Of a DNA stretch of 64,000 bases, positions 1 to 10,870 are shown one piece after another. The position numbers were made by a program, and so were the translations under genes. Origin of the DNA: an uncultured Planctomycetota bacterium (lineage in GTDB: Bacteria; Planctomycetota; Planctomycetia; Isosphaerales; Isosphaeraceae); contig CAWJTV010000038.1 in NCBI GenBank assembly GCA_963845755.1, positions 128,001-192,000 of the forward strand, in the 5' to 3' direction. Numbering within the stretch: position 1 is the first letter of the stretch; each line of letters starts with the position of its first letter. The notes beneath the pieces are model-generated. The model made no database searches. It saw nothing but the letters and a program-made list of their open reading frames with translations, and was not told the origin of the DNA.

Positions 1-1077
1 CCCAGCTCATCGCGGACCGTTGCCTGATGCTCGCGATGCATGGCGACGAACATCTGGACCATCATCACCATGTCGTTATGGAAGCTCTCCATGAGTTGCA
101 TCTGCTGCTGCCACATGGAGAAGAGGTTCGCGTTGGTAGGGAGCACCGGCTCCCATTCTCCGCGACTGGAAACGGCCGGCGCGATGGCAGGAACCGCAGA
201 CCACGGAGCTTCCGCCTTCACCAGCTCGGTACGCGGGAACCCGGAGCGGATTGCCAGGGCGCGAGGCTGATGGTCGGGAGGGCTCGAGGAAACTCCGGGG
301 ACAACGTCGGCCAGTGCCGGTGGGCTCGCGCCGGCCTCCAGCGGCACGTCCTCCCGGCGGATCTGTTCCGGTGGGTTTTCGTACCGGACGATCAGGGTGA
401 ACAGGCCGAGCCGGACCACGTCGCCTTCGGCGAGCCAGGCCCATCGCACCCGTGTCCCGTTGACGTAGACCCCTTCCCGGGCCAGCAGGTCGACCACCCA
501 GAGCCCCATCGGAGTGCGCACCAGGCTCGCATGCTGCCGTGAGACGCTCGGATCGGTGAGGACGAGCTGACATTGGTCGGCCCGACCTACCAGGGCCTGG
601 AGGCTGTCCATCTCCCAGGTCGGCGATTTTCCTCCCACGCGAAACGGAAGTTCCAGCAGCGGTCGCGGCAGCGGATTCGCTTCCGACCCGGTCACGACCG
701 GGCCGGTGGGCTCATCGGTCCGGCGATCCGTCCGATGGAGCCGGTAGGGGCCGACCTGAATGAAGTGTCCAGGATCGAGACACCCCTGGGACTGGGGCAC
801 CTCCTGGCCATCCTCGAAAACTTTCGTCCGACTCTCCAGGTCGATCCAGTAAACTCGGCCCGCGACGGCCTGGAGAAACGCATGCCGCCGGCTGATCTGC
901 GTGTCGTTCAATAACAGATCGGCCTCCGGATCCCGGCCGACGAGCATGAACGGACGGGGATAGTCCAGGGGCGTGTAGGCCCCGGTCGAACGAACTCACC
1001 TTCTGAGAAACCAGGGCGAGCGACTCGCCAAGGCCGCAGGCTCTTCGGAACAGCTCCATCGCTGGCTCATAGCTCAT
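1..1077 (-). CDS. Tandem FHA-domain protein; 3' end runs off the window; frameshift near 985-1010
   Basis: Manual translation gives two FHA motifs, LVGRDPEADLLLNDTQISRRHA and LVGRADQCQLVLTDPSVSRQHA...GVYVNG. Start MSYEPAMELF at 1077 lies in a different frame. Confidence 0.8.
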
Positions 1078-1269
1078 GGCGAACGTCGGTTGCCCGTCGA
1101 GTGTCGGCGAATCGCGGCTCGGCTGCAACGAACGAGTCTCGATCGCTTGGTCTACAATACCCAGTATACTATTGAAATCGCTTCTTGCGGATTACGCAAG
1201 GATTCCCGCCTTTCTCCGGGGAGAGAGCGGGAAGGCGACCCCGAAGATCGGTACCCCTCGCCCGCAAGA

Positions 1270-2541
1270 TCACGGCGACTTGGGGCCGATCCGGAACGGA
1301 CGGACGACGGTCTCGGTGGTGACGCGCCGAGAGATCGGGGTGACCGCATCGACCTCGAACGGCCGGGCGACACTGTTTCCCGAGGAGTCTTCGAGCTCGG
1401 TCCCGATCACCAGCCGGTAGTCGCCCGCCCGCCACGGATGCGGTGGCGTGAATCGCCATCGGGTCTCCTCGGCGGTCACGGAGATCTGGCCGGCGACAGC
1501 GTTTCCCGCGGCTTCCTGGACGATGACCAGGCGATCGAGCATCGCCCGGTCCAGCGGCTCGGGGAATCGGACTTCCAGCGGGTCGCGCGACTCGGCCGCG
1601 GGTGGCCGGATGTCCCAGTTCCTGGGGTCGGGCGAGGTCTCGTCCGCCGGGGCGGTCCGGAACGCCTTGCGGACCGGGCCGGCGAGCGGATTCCCCTCCG
1701 CGTCGGGCCAGCCGCCGTCGATGACCAACTGGTAGGACTTGCCCGCCTCCAGGATCGGCCCGACCTCCTCGCGGGGTTTCAGCCCGCGCTTGACCCGGCC
1801 CGGGTCGAATAGGAGCGTGAACCGCTTCCCATCCCGGGACCAGAGCTCCTCGTCCAGTTCCAGGAACGGGTCATCCACCGGCTTGCCCGTCGCATCGAGC
1901 AAACGGATCCGGCGGTAGGCTTCTCCCCGACTCATCGGGGCGGAGAAATGGATGTAGAGCCGGAGCAGGTTTTCCGGCAACATCGCTCGTGACGGATAGA
2001 TGTGAGTCACCGTCGCCGGGGGATGCGGGCGCGCTTCGGTGGGGAGAAATCGGCCGTAAGCCTGATCTGCAACCGGCTGGGCCGGATCCACCTGTCGCTT
2101 CGCGATCTCATCCAGATGGATCAGGTTGACCTCGGCCCGGTAACGAAGGCCCGGCTCCAGGGGAAATCGGGGCACAAATCGGATGACATGGTCGTCCACC
2201 TGGTAAGAGCCCAGCAGGGGCGGCGGGTCGGTCGCTCCGGATGGGGGTTCGGCGATCACGCGGACCGTCAAGAACGACGTGCCGCGCTCGCGCGCGATCC
2301 CGGTCTTGCTCAGTGCGGCCAGGGCGTCGCGATCGACACCCCGCAACTCGACCACGGCATCCGTTCCGTCGGTCTTTCGGAGGATCCACCGTAACTGCGG
2401 TACATCCGGCGAGGGAGAGTCCGCGGTATGCACCGTGGGGATGTCGGCTGGAGGGGAAGCGGACGGTGCGGGGGCGCTCCCCTCCAAGAGGGGAAACGCC
2501 CCCAAGATCAGCAACAGCAAGAAAACGGACCGGTCGGTCAC
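1270..2541 (-). CDS. Exported hypothetical protein with Ig-like repeats
   Basis: 423-aa ORF with a hydrophobic signal-like N-terminus. Repeated FxPxxP / LxVxFxEPLD beta-sandwich-like motifs. GTGA overlap with the upstream gene. Confidence 0.7.
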   Translation of the reverse strand: MTDRSVFLLLLILGAFPLLEGSAPAPSASPPADIPTVHTADSPSPDVPQLRWILRKTDGTDAVVELRGVDRDALAALSKTGIARERGTSFLTVRVIAEPPSGATDPPPLLGSYQVDDHVIRFVPRFPLEPGLRYRAEVNLIHLDEIAKRQVDPAQPVADQAYGRFLPTEARPHPPATVTHIYPSRAMLPENLLRLYIHFSAPMSRGEAYRRIRLLDATGKPVDDPFLELDEELWSRDGKRFTLLFDPGRVKRGLKPREEVGPILEAGKSYQLVIDGGWPDAEGNPLAGPVRKAFRTAPADETSPDPRNWDIRPPAAESRDPLEVRFPEPLDRAMLDRLVIVQEAAGNAVAGQISVTAEETRWRFTPPHPWRAGDYRLVIGTELEDSSGNSVARPFEVDAVTPISRRVTTETVVRPFRIGPKSP

Positions 2542-3650
2542 GGCAGGTCAATCGTCTCGAGGTTCAGACCGTTCGCGTCCTGGACCAGAATGACGGCGTG
2601 GCTGTTGTCGAGCTGGTCTAACTGGACGACGCCCTTGAGGCTGGCAATCGTGTCATATCCCAGCCCCTTGGTGCCACCACCCCGCACGGGCTGGGTGATG
2701 CTCTCGGCCGTTCCGGCTCCCTCGGTGGTAATCTTCATCACGCCCCGGCTGCTGTTGGCCATCAGCAGATAATCCTTGCCGTCCTTCTGATAGACGATCA
2801 TGTCCAGCGGCCGGTTGCGGTTTCCCAGCTCGGCGATGGTCGTCCCCTTGACATGGGCGCCGGCCTTCAGCTCGGCGACGGGCATCTTGACCAGCGGGGT
2901 GCATTGATAGGCGGCCAGCAGATACGGCTCGTTCTGGATCTTGTAGGCCACGAACGTCCGGACCGGCGACTTGGTCTCGAACTGCCCATGTGCACCATGG
3001 TAGATCTCGATGGCCGCGCCATCGAAGCCCTCGGTGCTGAAGGGGAACGGGATGGCGATCAGCCGCGAGGAGAACTCCTCGTTCGACAGGCCCGCCAGGA
3101 AAACGCGGCCGTCCACGTAGGCCAGGTCGGTGATCGACGCAGTCCGGGGATCCTCCCGTGCCCCAGAACGGGGGGCCGGCGCGTTGGGGACCTCGGCCTT
3201 GGCGAACCGAACGTTCTCCAGCGCCAGTTCTTCGAGCTTGCCATCGCCGTGAATCCGGAAGATGACCGGGATCGCGTCGGGCCCGCGGCCGCGCGAGACC
3301 GAGACATACACGTTGCCCGACAAAGGATTAACGGCCATATCGTTGACCTGCACCTGGCGGGCATCGGTCCCGAGCATGCCGGCGATCTTGCCGGCCAGGT
3401 CCTTGACCGCGACTGGACGCTTCTCCGTCGCCGTCGCCCGGTCGCCGGTGTCGATGGCGAACAGCGCGGCGCCCTTGGTGTCGCCCACGAACAGGATGCC
3501 TTCCGGCCCGAACGTCAACGGGCCCGCCGACTTGATGTCGGGCTTCCCTTGCTTGAGACTCGCCGTGGGCTCCGCCGCCACCGCCATTGCTGCGGTCAAC
3601 GCGATCCCCGCCAGCGCCAAGACCGCTCCGCGAATTCCCATCCTCGACAT
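2538..3650 (-). CDS. Exported hypothetical protein, beta-propeller-like
   Basis: Start MSRMGIRG follows an AAGGAG RBS; signal peptide ends in AVA-AE. Motifs GPLTFGPEGILFVGD and DMAVNPLSGNVYVSV. Confidence 0.75.
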   Translation of the reverse strand: MSRMGIRGAVLALAGIALTAAMAVAAEPTASLKQGKPDIKSAGPLTFGPEGILFVGDTKGAALFAIDTGDRATATEKRPVAVKDLAGKIAGMLGTDARQVQVNDMAVNPLSGNVYVSVSRGRGPDAIPVIFRIHGDGKLEELALENVRFAKAEVPNAPAPRSGAREDPRTASITDLAYVDGRVFLAGLSNEEFSSRLIAIPFPFSTEGFDGAAIEIYHGAHGQFETKSPVRTFVAYKIQNEPYLLAAYQCTPLVKMPVAELKAGAHVKGTTIAELGNRNRPLDMIVYQKDGKDYLLMANSSRGVMKITTEGAGTAESITQPVRGGGTKGLGYDTIASLKGVVQLDQLDNSHAVILVQDANGLNLETIDLP

Positions 3651-3879
3651 CGCTGGTTCTCCTTCGTTGTTGAACCGGTCGATTCCGAATTGATGCCACA
3701 CGCGTTCCGCCAAACTTCGCATTATCCTCGCACCGTCTCCGAAATCAACCGGGGTCCGGCGGGAAACTGAAGAGTCTATCAAAATTCGCGTGTGTTTTCC
3801 GTCGAAACTGTCGCCTACTTTTAATAGGATGATCTCATGGCGCACCGCGGAGACCTTGGGACATCGAGGGGGTGGGCTC

Positions 3880-6122
3880 ATGATCGGCGGGATGATGGTC
3901 TGTGTGGCGCTGGTGGGTGCATGCTTCGGCGACGAACCAACGCCTGTGGCCGGCGATCGGGCCATCGACCGCTCGACCTACGGGGCGGCCAAGAAAGAAG
4001 CGGGTCGCGACGCCAAGGCGCACGTCCGGCTGGCCCTCTGGTGCGAATCGCACGGCCTGCGGCTCGGAGCGGATGAAGCACCTGGCGATGGCCGTGCTCT
4101 ACGATCCCTCCAATGCCCTGGCGCGCGGGCTGATGGGCCTGGTCGACCTATCAAGGGAAATGGGAGCGGCCCGACGAGGTCAGCCGGCAAGTGCAGGACG
4201 ACCCCAAACGCAAAGCCCTGATGCAAGAATACCTCCAGCGCCGGGCCAAGACCTCCGACAGGGCCGACGATCAGTGGAAGCTGGCCCTCTGGTGCGAGCA
4301 GAACGAGCCTGAAGGATCAGGCGATCGCGCAGTATCACGCCGTCCTGCGTCGGGATCCGACCCGCGAAGCGGCCTGGAAGCGGCTCGGGTTCAAGAAGAT
4401 CCGGCGGCCACTGGACCAAGCCGGAATGGCTGGCGGCGCAGAAACAGGAACTCGAGCAGCAAAGCCGGGCCAACAAGCACTGGATGCCCCTGCTGGAGAA
4501 ATGGCATTCGCGGCGCTCTCGAGTCGTGACACAAGCGCGACGCGACTCAAGCGGAAGAGGGGAATGGCGCAGGTGTCCGATCCCCGGGCGGTGCCGGTGA
4601 TCTGGGCGGTGTTCGTGCCCAAGGGTGCGGAGGGTCAGGAGGTGGCCGTGCGGCTGCTGGGCCAGATCGATGCACCGGGCTCGTCGCGGGCACTGCCTGC
4701 TCCTGGCCTTGAGGAGTCGCAGCGCCGAAGCTCGCCGAGAGGCCGTCCAGATCCTGCGTCACCGTCGACCCGCGGGACTTCGCCCCGCTCTTGATCGCGA
4801 TGATCCGCGACCCGATCAAGTACCAGGTCAAGCCGGTCAGCAGGGGCCGGGTCCCAAGACTGGCGAGCTTGTGATCAACGAATAGGGATGCAACATCGAA
4901 GCGTCTGTACACGCCGCTGGCTCCGAGCCGAATCCCGTCCTGGCCAATGGTGACTCGACCATCATGGCGCCGCGGGTTTGCCCGTCATCATGCTCCCACG
5001 TGGGCCAGTCCGAAACGGGTTTCGATGCCGTGTCTCGTCCGTTGCTGTGGCCACCACGCCGATTCGGCTATGAACCCGGTCTCGCCCGCTCAGGTGACCA
5101 TATCATGGCCCAGGCAGGAATTCCCCTTCTGAGTCGAGGCCCAGAAGTTCGGCCGCCATCATCCGCCCAGGACGTCAATTCTCCTTTGAGTCCAGGACCT
5201 GGGAGGCCCATGCCAATACTCGAGTCCGCGCGGCGGGTGCTTGTATCGACCAGTATCTGGCGATTCCTGTCGGGCGGATGATGCTCGAACTCCCAGCGAT
5301 CGGCCCAGGTGGCGCGCAGCAGCTCGCCGGTGATGTTCAAGGCCGATCGAGGCCTACAACGCTCCGTCCAGCAAGCGAATCGGCTGGTCAGGCAGGTCCT
5401 CGCCGAGGAACGGTGGGCACCGACATGGGGGACGACCAGTTCAGCGTGGACAGAAATGGATGGTCGATCTCTTCGGCTATCGCCTTAGCCGCTCCGCCAG
5501 AAAGCTCGACCGACGAGCCACCACGGTCATCGAGCAGGTGCCCTCTGGCTTATCAGCCCCAGGCCCGCGATGCCGGTGATTGCCAGCCGGTCGCCGAGGT
5601 CCAGACGATCCGCTACCATTCTTGCTTTGCCGCGGGGACGCTCGTTCAGACGATCGAGGGCCACGCCCAATCGAGGGCCTCCTCGCCGGTGACGACGTCC
5701 TGACGCAGGACCCCAGGACCGGCGAGCTGAGATACCAGTCCCTGGTCGCGGTCTACCACAATCCGCCCAATGCGACGTTCCGCGTCGATCTGGCGGACGT
5801 CGATGAGCCGATCGTCGCGACCGGCATCCACCGGCTCTGGAAAGCGGGCAAGGGTTGGGCCATGGTCCGCGACCTCAAGCCGGGCGATGTGCTGCGGACC
5901 CTGGGAGGGACCGTCGCGGTGAAGTCGGTCAAGGAGGAGCGCGTTCAGCCGGTGTTCAACCTGCGGGTGGCCGACGGCGAGAGCTTCTTCGTGGGCCGGA
6001 CGGGTATACTGGCACACGACAACAGCACGATCAACCCCACGCCCGAGCCGTTCGACGCCGTCGAGGCCCTGCCGGAGCTGGAGACTCGGCCGGCCGCGAA
6101 ACGATCCATACTCGGCCGCTGA
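3880..6122 (+). CDS. Secreted TPR/HEAT-like protein with a C-terminal Hint domain, copy 1; many frameshifts, possibly degraded
   Basis: Pieces across frames: signal peptide, LALWCE helical repeats and HEAT-like DPRAVP. Hint motifs CFAAGT (5623), ATGIH, VFNLRV and LAHDNS (6015-6026). Paralog of the next gene. Confidence 0.75.
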
Positions 6123-6156
6123 ACGACCGATCGATCCTGATCGAGGAGTCGGAATC

Positions 6157-8194
6157 ATGCTCTCGATAATCCTGGTGAGTCTCAGCCTGATCGCTGCCGG
6201 GGACGACGGCCGATCGTCAACTCCGGAGGACCACTCGGCCTACGAGGCGGCGAAAACCCAGGCGGGGCACGATGCCAAGGCGCACGTCCGTCTGGCCCTG
6301 TGGTGCGAGGCGCACGGGATGTCCGCCGAACGGATGAAGCACCTGGCGATGGCCGTGCTGTACGATCCCTCCAACGCCCTGGCCCGCGGGCTGATGGGCC
6401 TGGTCGCCTACCAGGGGAAGTGGGAGCGTCCGGAGGCGATCCAGCAGGAGATCCAGGATGATCCAACACGCCATAATTTGATCCGTGAATACCTGGAACG
6501 GCGGGCTCTCGCGCCGCGCAAGCCGGATGCCCAGGCCCGGCTGGCCACCTGGTGCGAGCAGAAGGGACTCAAGGAGCAGGCGATCGCGCACTTCACGGAG
6601 GCGGTGCGGCTGGACCCGTCGCGGGAGGCCACCTGGCGGCATCTCGGATACAAGAAGCAGGGGAGTCGCTGGATCAAGGCGGACGAACTGGCCGCCGATC
6701 GGCTGGCCGCCGATCGGCAGCGGCATGCGGATAAGCAATGGGAGCCGAAACTGAAACGGCTGCGCGAATCCCTGGAATCCAAGGACCCGGCGCGCGGGCC
6801 AAGGCAGAAGCGGAGGTCGCCGAGCTGACCGATCCCCGCGCCGTGCCGATGATCTGGGTCGTTTTCGTCCGCGGTCACGAGCGATCGCAGCGCGCCGCCG
6901 TGCAGATGCTCGGCCAGATCGACGGGCCGGCGGCGTCCAACGCCCTGGCCGCACTCGCCGTCTTCAGCCCTTCGGCCGAAGTCCGGGGGCGAGCGATCGA
7001 GACCCTGGCCCGTCGCGATCCCCGCGACGTCATCGGCCGATTGATCCAGCTCGTCCGCAAGCGCTTCAAGTACGAGGTCCGTCGCCCGGGGGGCCCGGGT
7101 ACGCGGGGCGAGCTGTTCGTCGAGGGCGAACGATACAACGTCGATCGCGTCTACCTGAACCCGGCGATCAACCCCGCGTCGATCCCACCCCGCCTGTTCG
7201 CGCCGTCGGTCCCATTCGATCCGTACAGGCGCAGAACCAGATCCTGGTCTCAACGGTCCTGGGAGGCATGACGTTCACGACATCTCGATCGGGGCCGAAT
7301 GTCGCGCAGGTCGGGCAGGCGCTGGCGGCCAATCCGCGGAATGCCCAGGAAATCCTCAAGAACGCCGCGAATGCGCCGCCGGCCGCGGCCTTCAATCCCG
7401 CCTCCAACCTGGTCTATGACACCCTGGCGGCCGCCGCATACCGCGATATGCAGATCGCTTCGAAGTACCAGGAGATCGCGCAGGAAAGCCGGAACTTGCA
7501 GCAGAAGGTCGCCCAGGACGTCCAGACGGTCGAGACGATCAACACCCAGATCGGCGAGCTCAACGGCCGGGTCCTTCCCGTGCTCAAACTGCTCACCGGC
7601 CAGGACCTGGGCGCGGAGCCCGAGAAATGGAAGGCCTGGTGGACCGACCAGCTCGGCTACGTCTATCAGTCGAACATCCCCGAGACCAAGCCGACGCTCA
7701 CCGACATCGTGGCCCCGTTCACGATCGGCACGAGCCACACGGCGTGCTTCGCGGCCGGCACGCTGGTCTCCACCCTGGACGGCCCGCGGGCGATCGAGTC
7801 GATCCAGGTCGGCGACCGCGTCCTGTCGCAGGATCCCACGAGCGGCTCGCTGACGTTTCAGCCGGTGATCGCCCTGCATCACAACCGACCCTCGGCGACG
7901 CTCCGGCTCTCGTTCGACGGCGAGACGATCGTCGCGACCGGCATCCATCGCTTCTGGAAGGCCGGCAAGGGTTGGATCATGGCCCGCGACCTCAAGACGG
8001 GAGATGAGATCCGCGCGATCGGTGGCATCGCCCGCGTGCAGTCGACGGAGACCGATACCACCCGGCCGGTCTATAACCTCGACGTGGCCGAGAACCGGGA
8101 TTTCTTCGTCGGGACCAAAGGTTTCCTGGTCCACGACTTCAGCTTCGTACAGCCAGTCCTGGCGCCGTTCGACCGCGCGTCCCCTGGGCGTTAG
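6157..8194 (+). CDS. Secreted TPR/HEAT-like protein with a C-terminal Hint domain, copy 2; frameshifts near 6795 and 7230
   Basis: ORFs 6157-6828, 6738-7271 and 7268-8194 join. GAGGAG RBS. Hint motifs CFAAGT (7745), ATGIH, VYNLDV and LVHDF (8132-8140). Confidence 0.85.
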
Positions 8195-8235
8195 TGTCTT
8201 TCGCCGTACGATGTCCGCGCCGTGCGCGCATCGGC

Positions 8236-8307
8236 CGAATTCCCAATTCGAGATTCGAGATTCCGGAATCGTCCTCATCCGGAATCTCGAATCCGGAATC
8301 TCGAATC
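8236..8307. repeat. Heptamer-repeat hairpin, family A (AGATTCG / CGAATCT)
   Basis: aattcg-agattcg-agattcc ... ggaatct-cgaatcc-ggaatct-cgaatcg, between convergent genes. Confidence 0.8.
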
Positions 8308-8376
8308 GGCAAGCCCAATTGGGTTGCGGCCGAAGGCCGCGTTAGGAGGACGGATTCGCGATGCGGCTGCGGCGCG

Positions 8377-9741
8377 TCAGGACGCGTAGAGACGTTGTCC
8401 GTTGGACCGGACATTGACTCCGTGCTCGAAGAGGAACTCCAGGCAACGTCGCGGCAGATGGCAGTGCAAGCGGACGCGGTTGTCGTCGTAAGTCCGGTCA
8501 TGGATCTGCGCGTGCTGGGCCAGGTAGGCCAGGACGCGGCCATTGTCGACGCCGGTCTCGACCTCGGCCTCGAGGGCGCGATCGCTGAGGGCCTCGCGGA
8601 CGGCGGCTTCGAGGCGGTCGAGTCCGTCGTGCTGTGCAGCGCTGATGGACACGGATTCGGCGTGGTGGGCCTTGAGCACGTCGAGGTACGAGCGGTCGGG
8701 GACCTTGTCGGACTTGTTGAGCACTAGCAGTGTGGGATGGTTGTCGAGGCCGAGCTCGGCCAGGACCGACTTGACCGCGCGGATCTGATTCTCGGCCTCC
8801 GGGCTGGAGGCGTCGACGACGTGGAGGAGGAGGTCGGCCTGGCGGGCCTCCTCGAGCGTGGCCTTGAACGAGGCGACGAGGGTGTGGGGCAGGTCGCGGA
8901 TGAACCCGACCGTGTCGGACAGCAGGGCCTGGCCGCCGCCGCGGAACCGCCAGCGGCGGGTGCGGGTGTCGAGCGTCGCGAATAGCTTGTCCTCGACCAG
9001 GACGCCGGCCTCGGTCAGCGCGTTCATCAGCGTGCTCTTGCCGGCGTTGGTGTAGCCGACCAGCGAGAGGGTCGGCACGTCGCTACGACTGGCGACCTCC
9101 CTCTCCTTCCGCGCCTGGATCTTGGCGAGTTTCGCCTTCAACTCCTGGATGCGGTGCGCGACCAGCCGGCGGTCCTCTTCGAGCTGTTTCTCGCCCGGGC
9201 CGCGGACGCCGATGCCGCCCTTGTATCGCGAGAGGTGGGTCCACATCCGCTTCAGTCGAGGCATGGCGTATTCCAGTTGCGCCAGCTCCACCTGGAGATG
9301 GGCCTCGTGCGTCCGCGCATGGGTCGCGAAGATGTCGAGGATCACCTCGGTGCGATCGACGACCTTGACCTCGAGGTGCCGCTCGAGGTTGCGAGTCTGG
9401 GCCGGCCCCAGGTCATTGTCGAAGACGACCACGTCCGCCTCCTGGGCCTCGACGATCGCCTTGAGCTCTTCGACCTTGCCCGAACCGATGTACGTCGCGA
9501 TGTCGACCTGTTGCCGCTTCTGCAACAGGTTGCCCACGACCTGAAGGCCCGCTGTCTTGGCCAATCCCCGGAGCTCGTCCAGGGGATCATCCGGCGTCGT
9601 GTCGCTGTGGGGTAGGAGAACCCCGACCAGAATGGCACGCTCTCGACGCCCGATACGTTCGATGCGGTTGGTTTCGATCAAGGCGGGATTTGACCTCGTT
9701 TCCTCGAGTGGATCGAAATAGACCTGCACGCCGTTCGTCAC
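8377..9741 (-). CDS. hflX: GTPase HflX
   Basis: GYTNAGKS P-loop, LFATLD, DTVGFI and NKSD motifs; N-terminal QVELAQLEY and GPGEKQLEEDRR. Confidence 0.97.
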   Translation of the reverse strand: MTNGVQVYFDPLEETRSNPALIETNRIERIGRRERAILVGVLLPHSDTTPDDPLDELRGLAKTAGLQVVGNLLQKRQQVDIATYIGSGKVEELKAIVEAQEADVVVFDNDLGPAQTRNLERHLEVKVVDRTEVILDIFATHARTHEAHLQVELAQLEYAMPRLKRMWTHLSRYKGGIGVRGPGEKQLEEDRRLVAHRIQELKAKLAKIQARKEREVASRSDVPTLSLVGYTNAGKSTLMNALTEAGVLVEDKLFATLDTRTRRWRFRGGGQALLSDTVGFIRDLPHTLVASFKATLEEARQADLLLHVVDASSPEAENQIRAVKSVLAELGLDNHPTLLVLNKSDKVPDRSYLDVLKAHHAESVSISAAQHDGLDRLEAAVREALSDRALEAEVETGVDNGRVLAYLAQHAQIHDRTYDDNRVRLHCHLPRRCLEFLFEHGVNVRSNGQRLYAS

Positions 9742-9885
9742 GCTCGAATTGTAGAGTCTGGGTATTCAAGCGTCAACGAGGAATTCGAACCGCGGCGGGC
9801 CGGCGGGCCGTTGCCGGTCGCAATGTTGCTCTCAATCGACACGGTCATGGCCGCGGAGGTTCAGCCTCGGGCCAGGGATCGCCAT

Positions 9886-10518
9886 TCAGAACCGGTAAAT
9901 CCAGGGGATTACCCCCGTGAGGACGATCGCGGCGTAGCCGAGCGATCGCCCAATTGGGTCGATCCACCCTGGCTCGCGTTGCCATCGCCGGCTCAGGACC
10001 AGGGTGACCCAGACTATCGCCACGGTGCCACCGATCCCGGTGGGAACGCGGAGATACCCATGGCTCTTGAAGAAGAGAAAGTAGTCCAGGTATCCACTGA
10101 CCCCGACCCAGCCGAAGACGATCGCCAGTCCGGCCATCGTGCCGGGCTGCCGGAGCAGCTCGCGCAGGACAGGCCGAGGTCGTCTCAATCGAAGGACAAA
10201 AAAGGTGGGCGTAAAACCAAGCAATGAGAGTTGAACGAGCCGGCAGGAAAACCACAAGGTGTGAATCAGAGGAAAGCGAATGTTCGCGAAGAAAACTGGC
10301 AAGTGTTCAAACAAGTCCGAACGGTGAGCCGCGGCATTTCCACACAGCCGCGGGAGCCATTCGATCAGATGCACGATTGGATCAGAAAAGAACAACCGTC
10401 CGCTTGCCAGAGCGAGTGCCGACCCTGCGACCAGGATCATCCCATCGGCCAGTGTGAACTTCCGGCAGCGATTCGACTCCTCCCCTCGGTCGAAGACGGC
10501 GATGGTCCCGCATGCCAT
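9886..10518 (-). CDS. Hypothetical membrane protein
   Basis: 210 aa with several hydrophobic segments; N-terminal RKFTLADGMILVA and C-terminal WIDPIGR. Confidence 0.65.
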   Translation of the reverse strand: MACGTIAVFDRGEESNRCRKFTLADGMILVAGSALALASGRLFFSDPIVHLIEWLPRLCGNAAAHRSDLFEHLPVFFANIRFPLIHTLWFSCRLVQLSLLGFTPTFFVLRLRRPRPVLRELLRQPGTMAGLAIVFGWVGVSGYLDYFLFFKSHGYLRVPTGIGGTVAIVWVTLVLSRRWQREPGWIDPIGRSLGYAAIVLTGVIPWIYRF

Positions 10519-10795
10519 GGGCTTCTCCCTCCGGCTTGGGAGCCTTGGCGGCCTCGTACTTCAGACGACTGTAACACGTTAAGTTTTGGCTACGGAAGGT
10601 TCGGGGCCGGCGAGACGAGAGTTTCTCCCGTCGCGATCGCTCATCCATATACCTGGACTGCGGCACGCTGGCCAGTCTCCGCTCGACGTCCAAGCCCGAC
10701 AGCGCCCGCCTGTGAGCGGGTCGGCTCGCAACGATCCAGCAATCGAATCTCGGCTGGGAAGCTGCATGTTCGTGGTGAGATCAGGCTCAGTCTTG

Positions 10796-10842
10796 ACCAG
10801 AAAGTTGACTTCAAAGTCAGCTCTGGTTATCGTCGAAGTCAA
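10796..10842 (+). promoter_or_regulatory. Sigma70-like promoter with an overlapping palindromic operator for the toxin-antitoxin pair
   Basis: TTGACT (10805-10810), a 17-bp spacer, then TATCGT (10828-10833). Inverted repeat TGACTT-ca-AAGTCA with flanking accaga/tctggt, and an extra AAGTCAA half-site at 10836. Confidence 0.65.
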
Positions 10843-10870
10843 CAGGGCGGGGAGTCGGTAGATCAGCGGG

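Noticed and set aside
3880..8194. Polymorphic toxin/immunity locus or a mobile intein
   Set aside because: Only a short tail follows each Hint domain; there is no immunity gene, homing endonuclease or conserved host extein.
8236..8307. Possible CRISPR array at the heptamer repeats
   Set aside because: Units are 7 bp, tandem and inverted, with no unique spacers and no cas genes.
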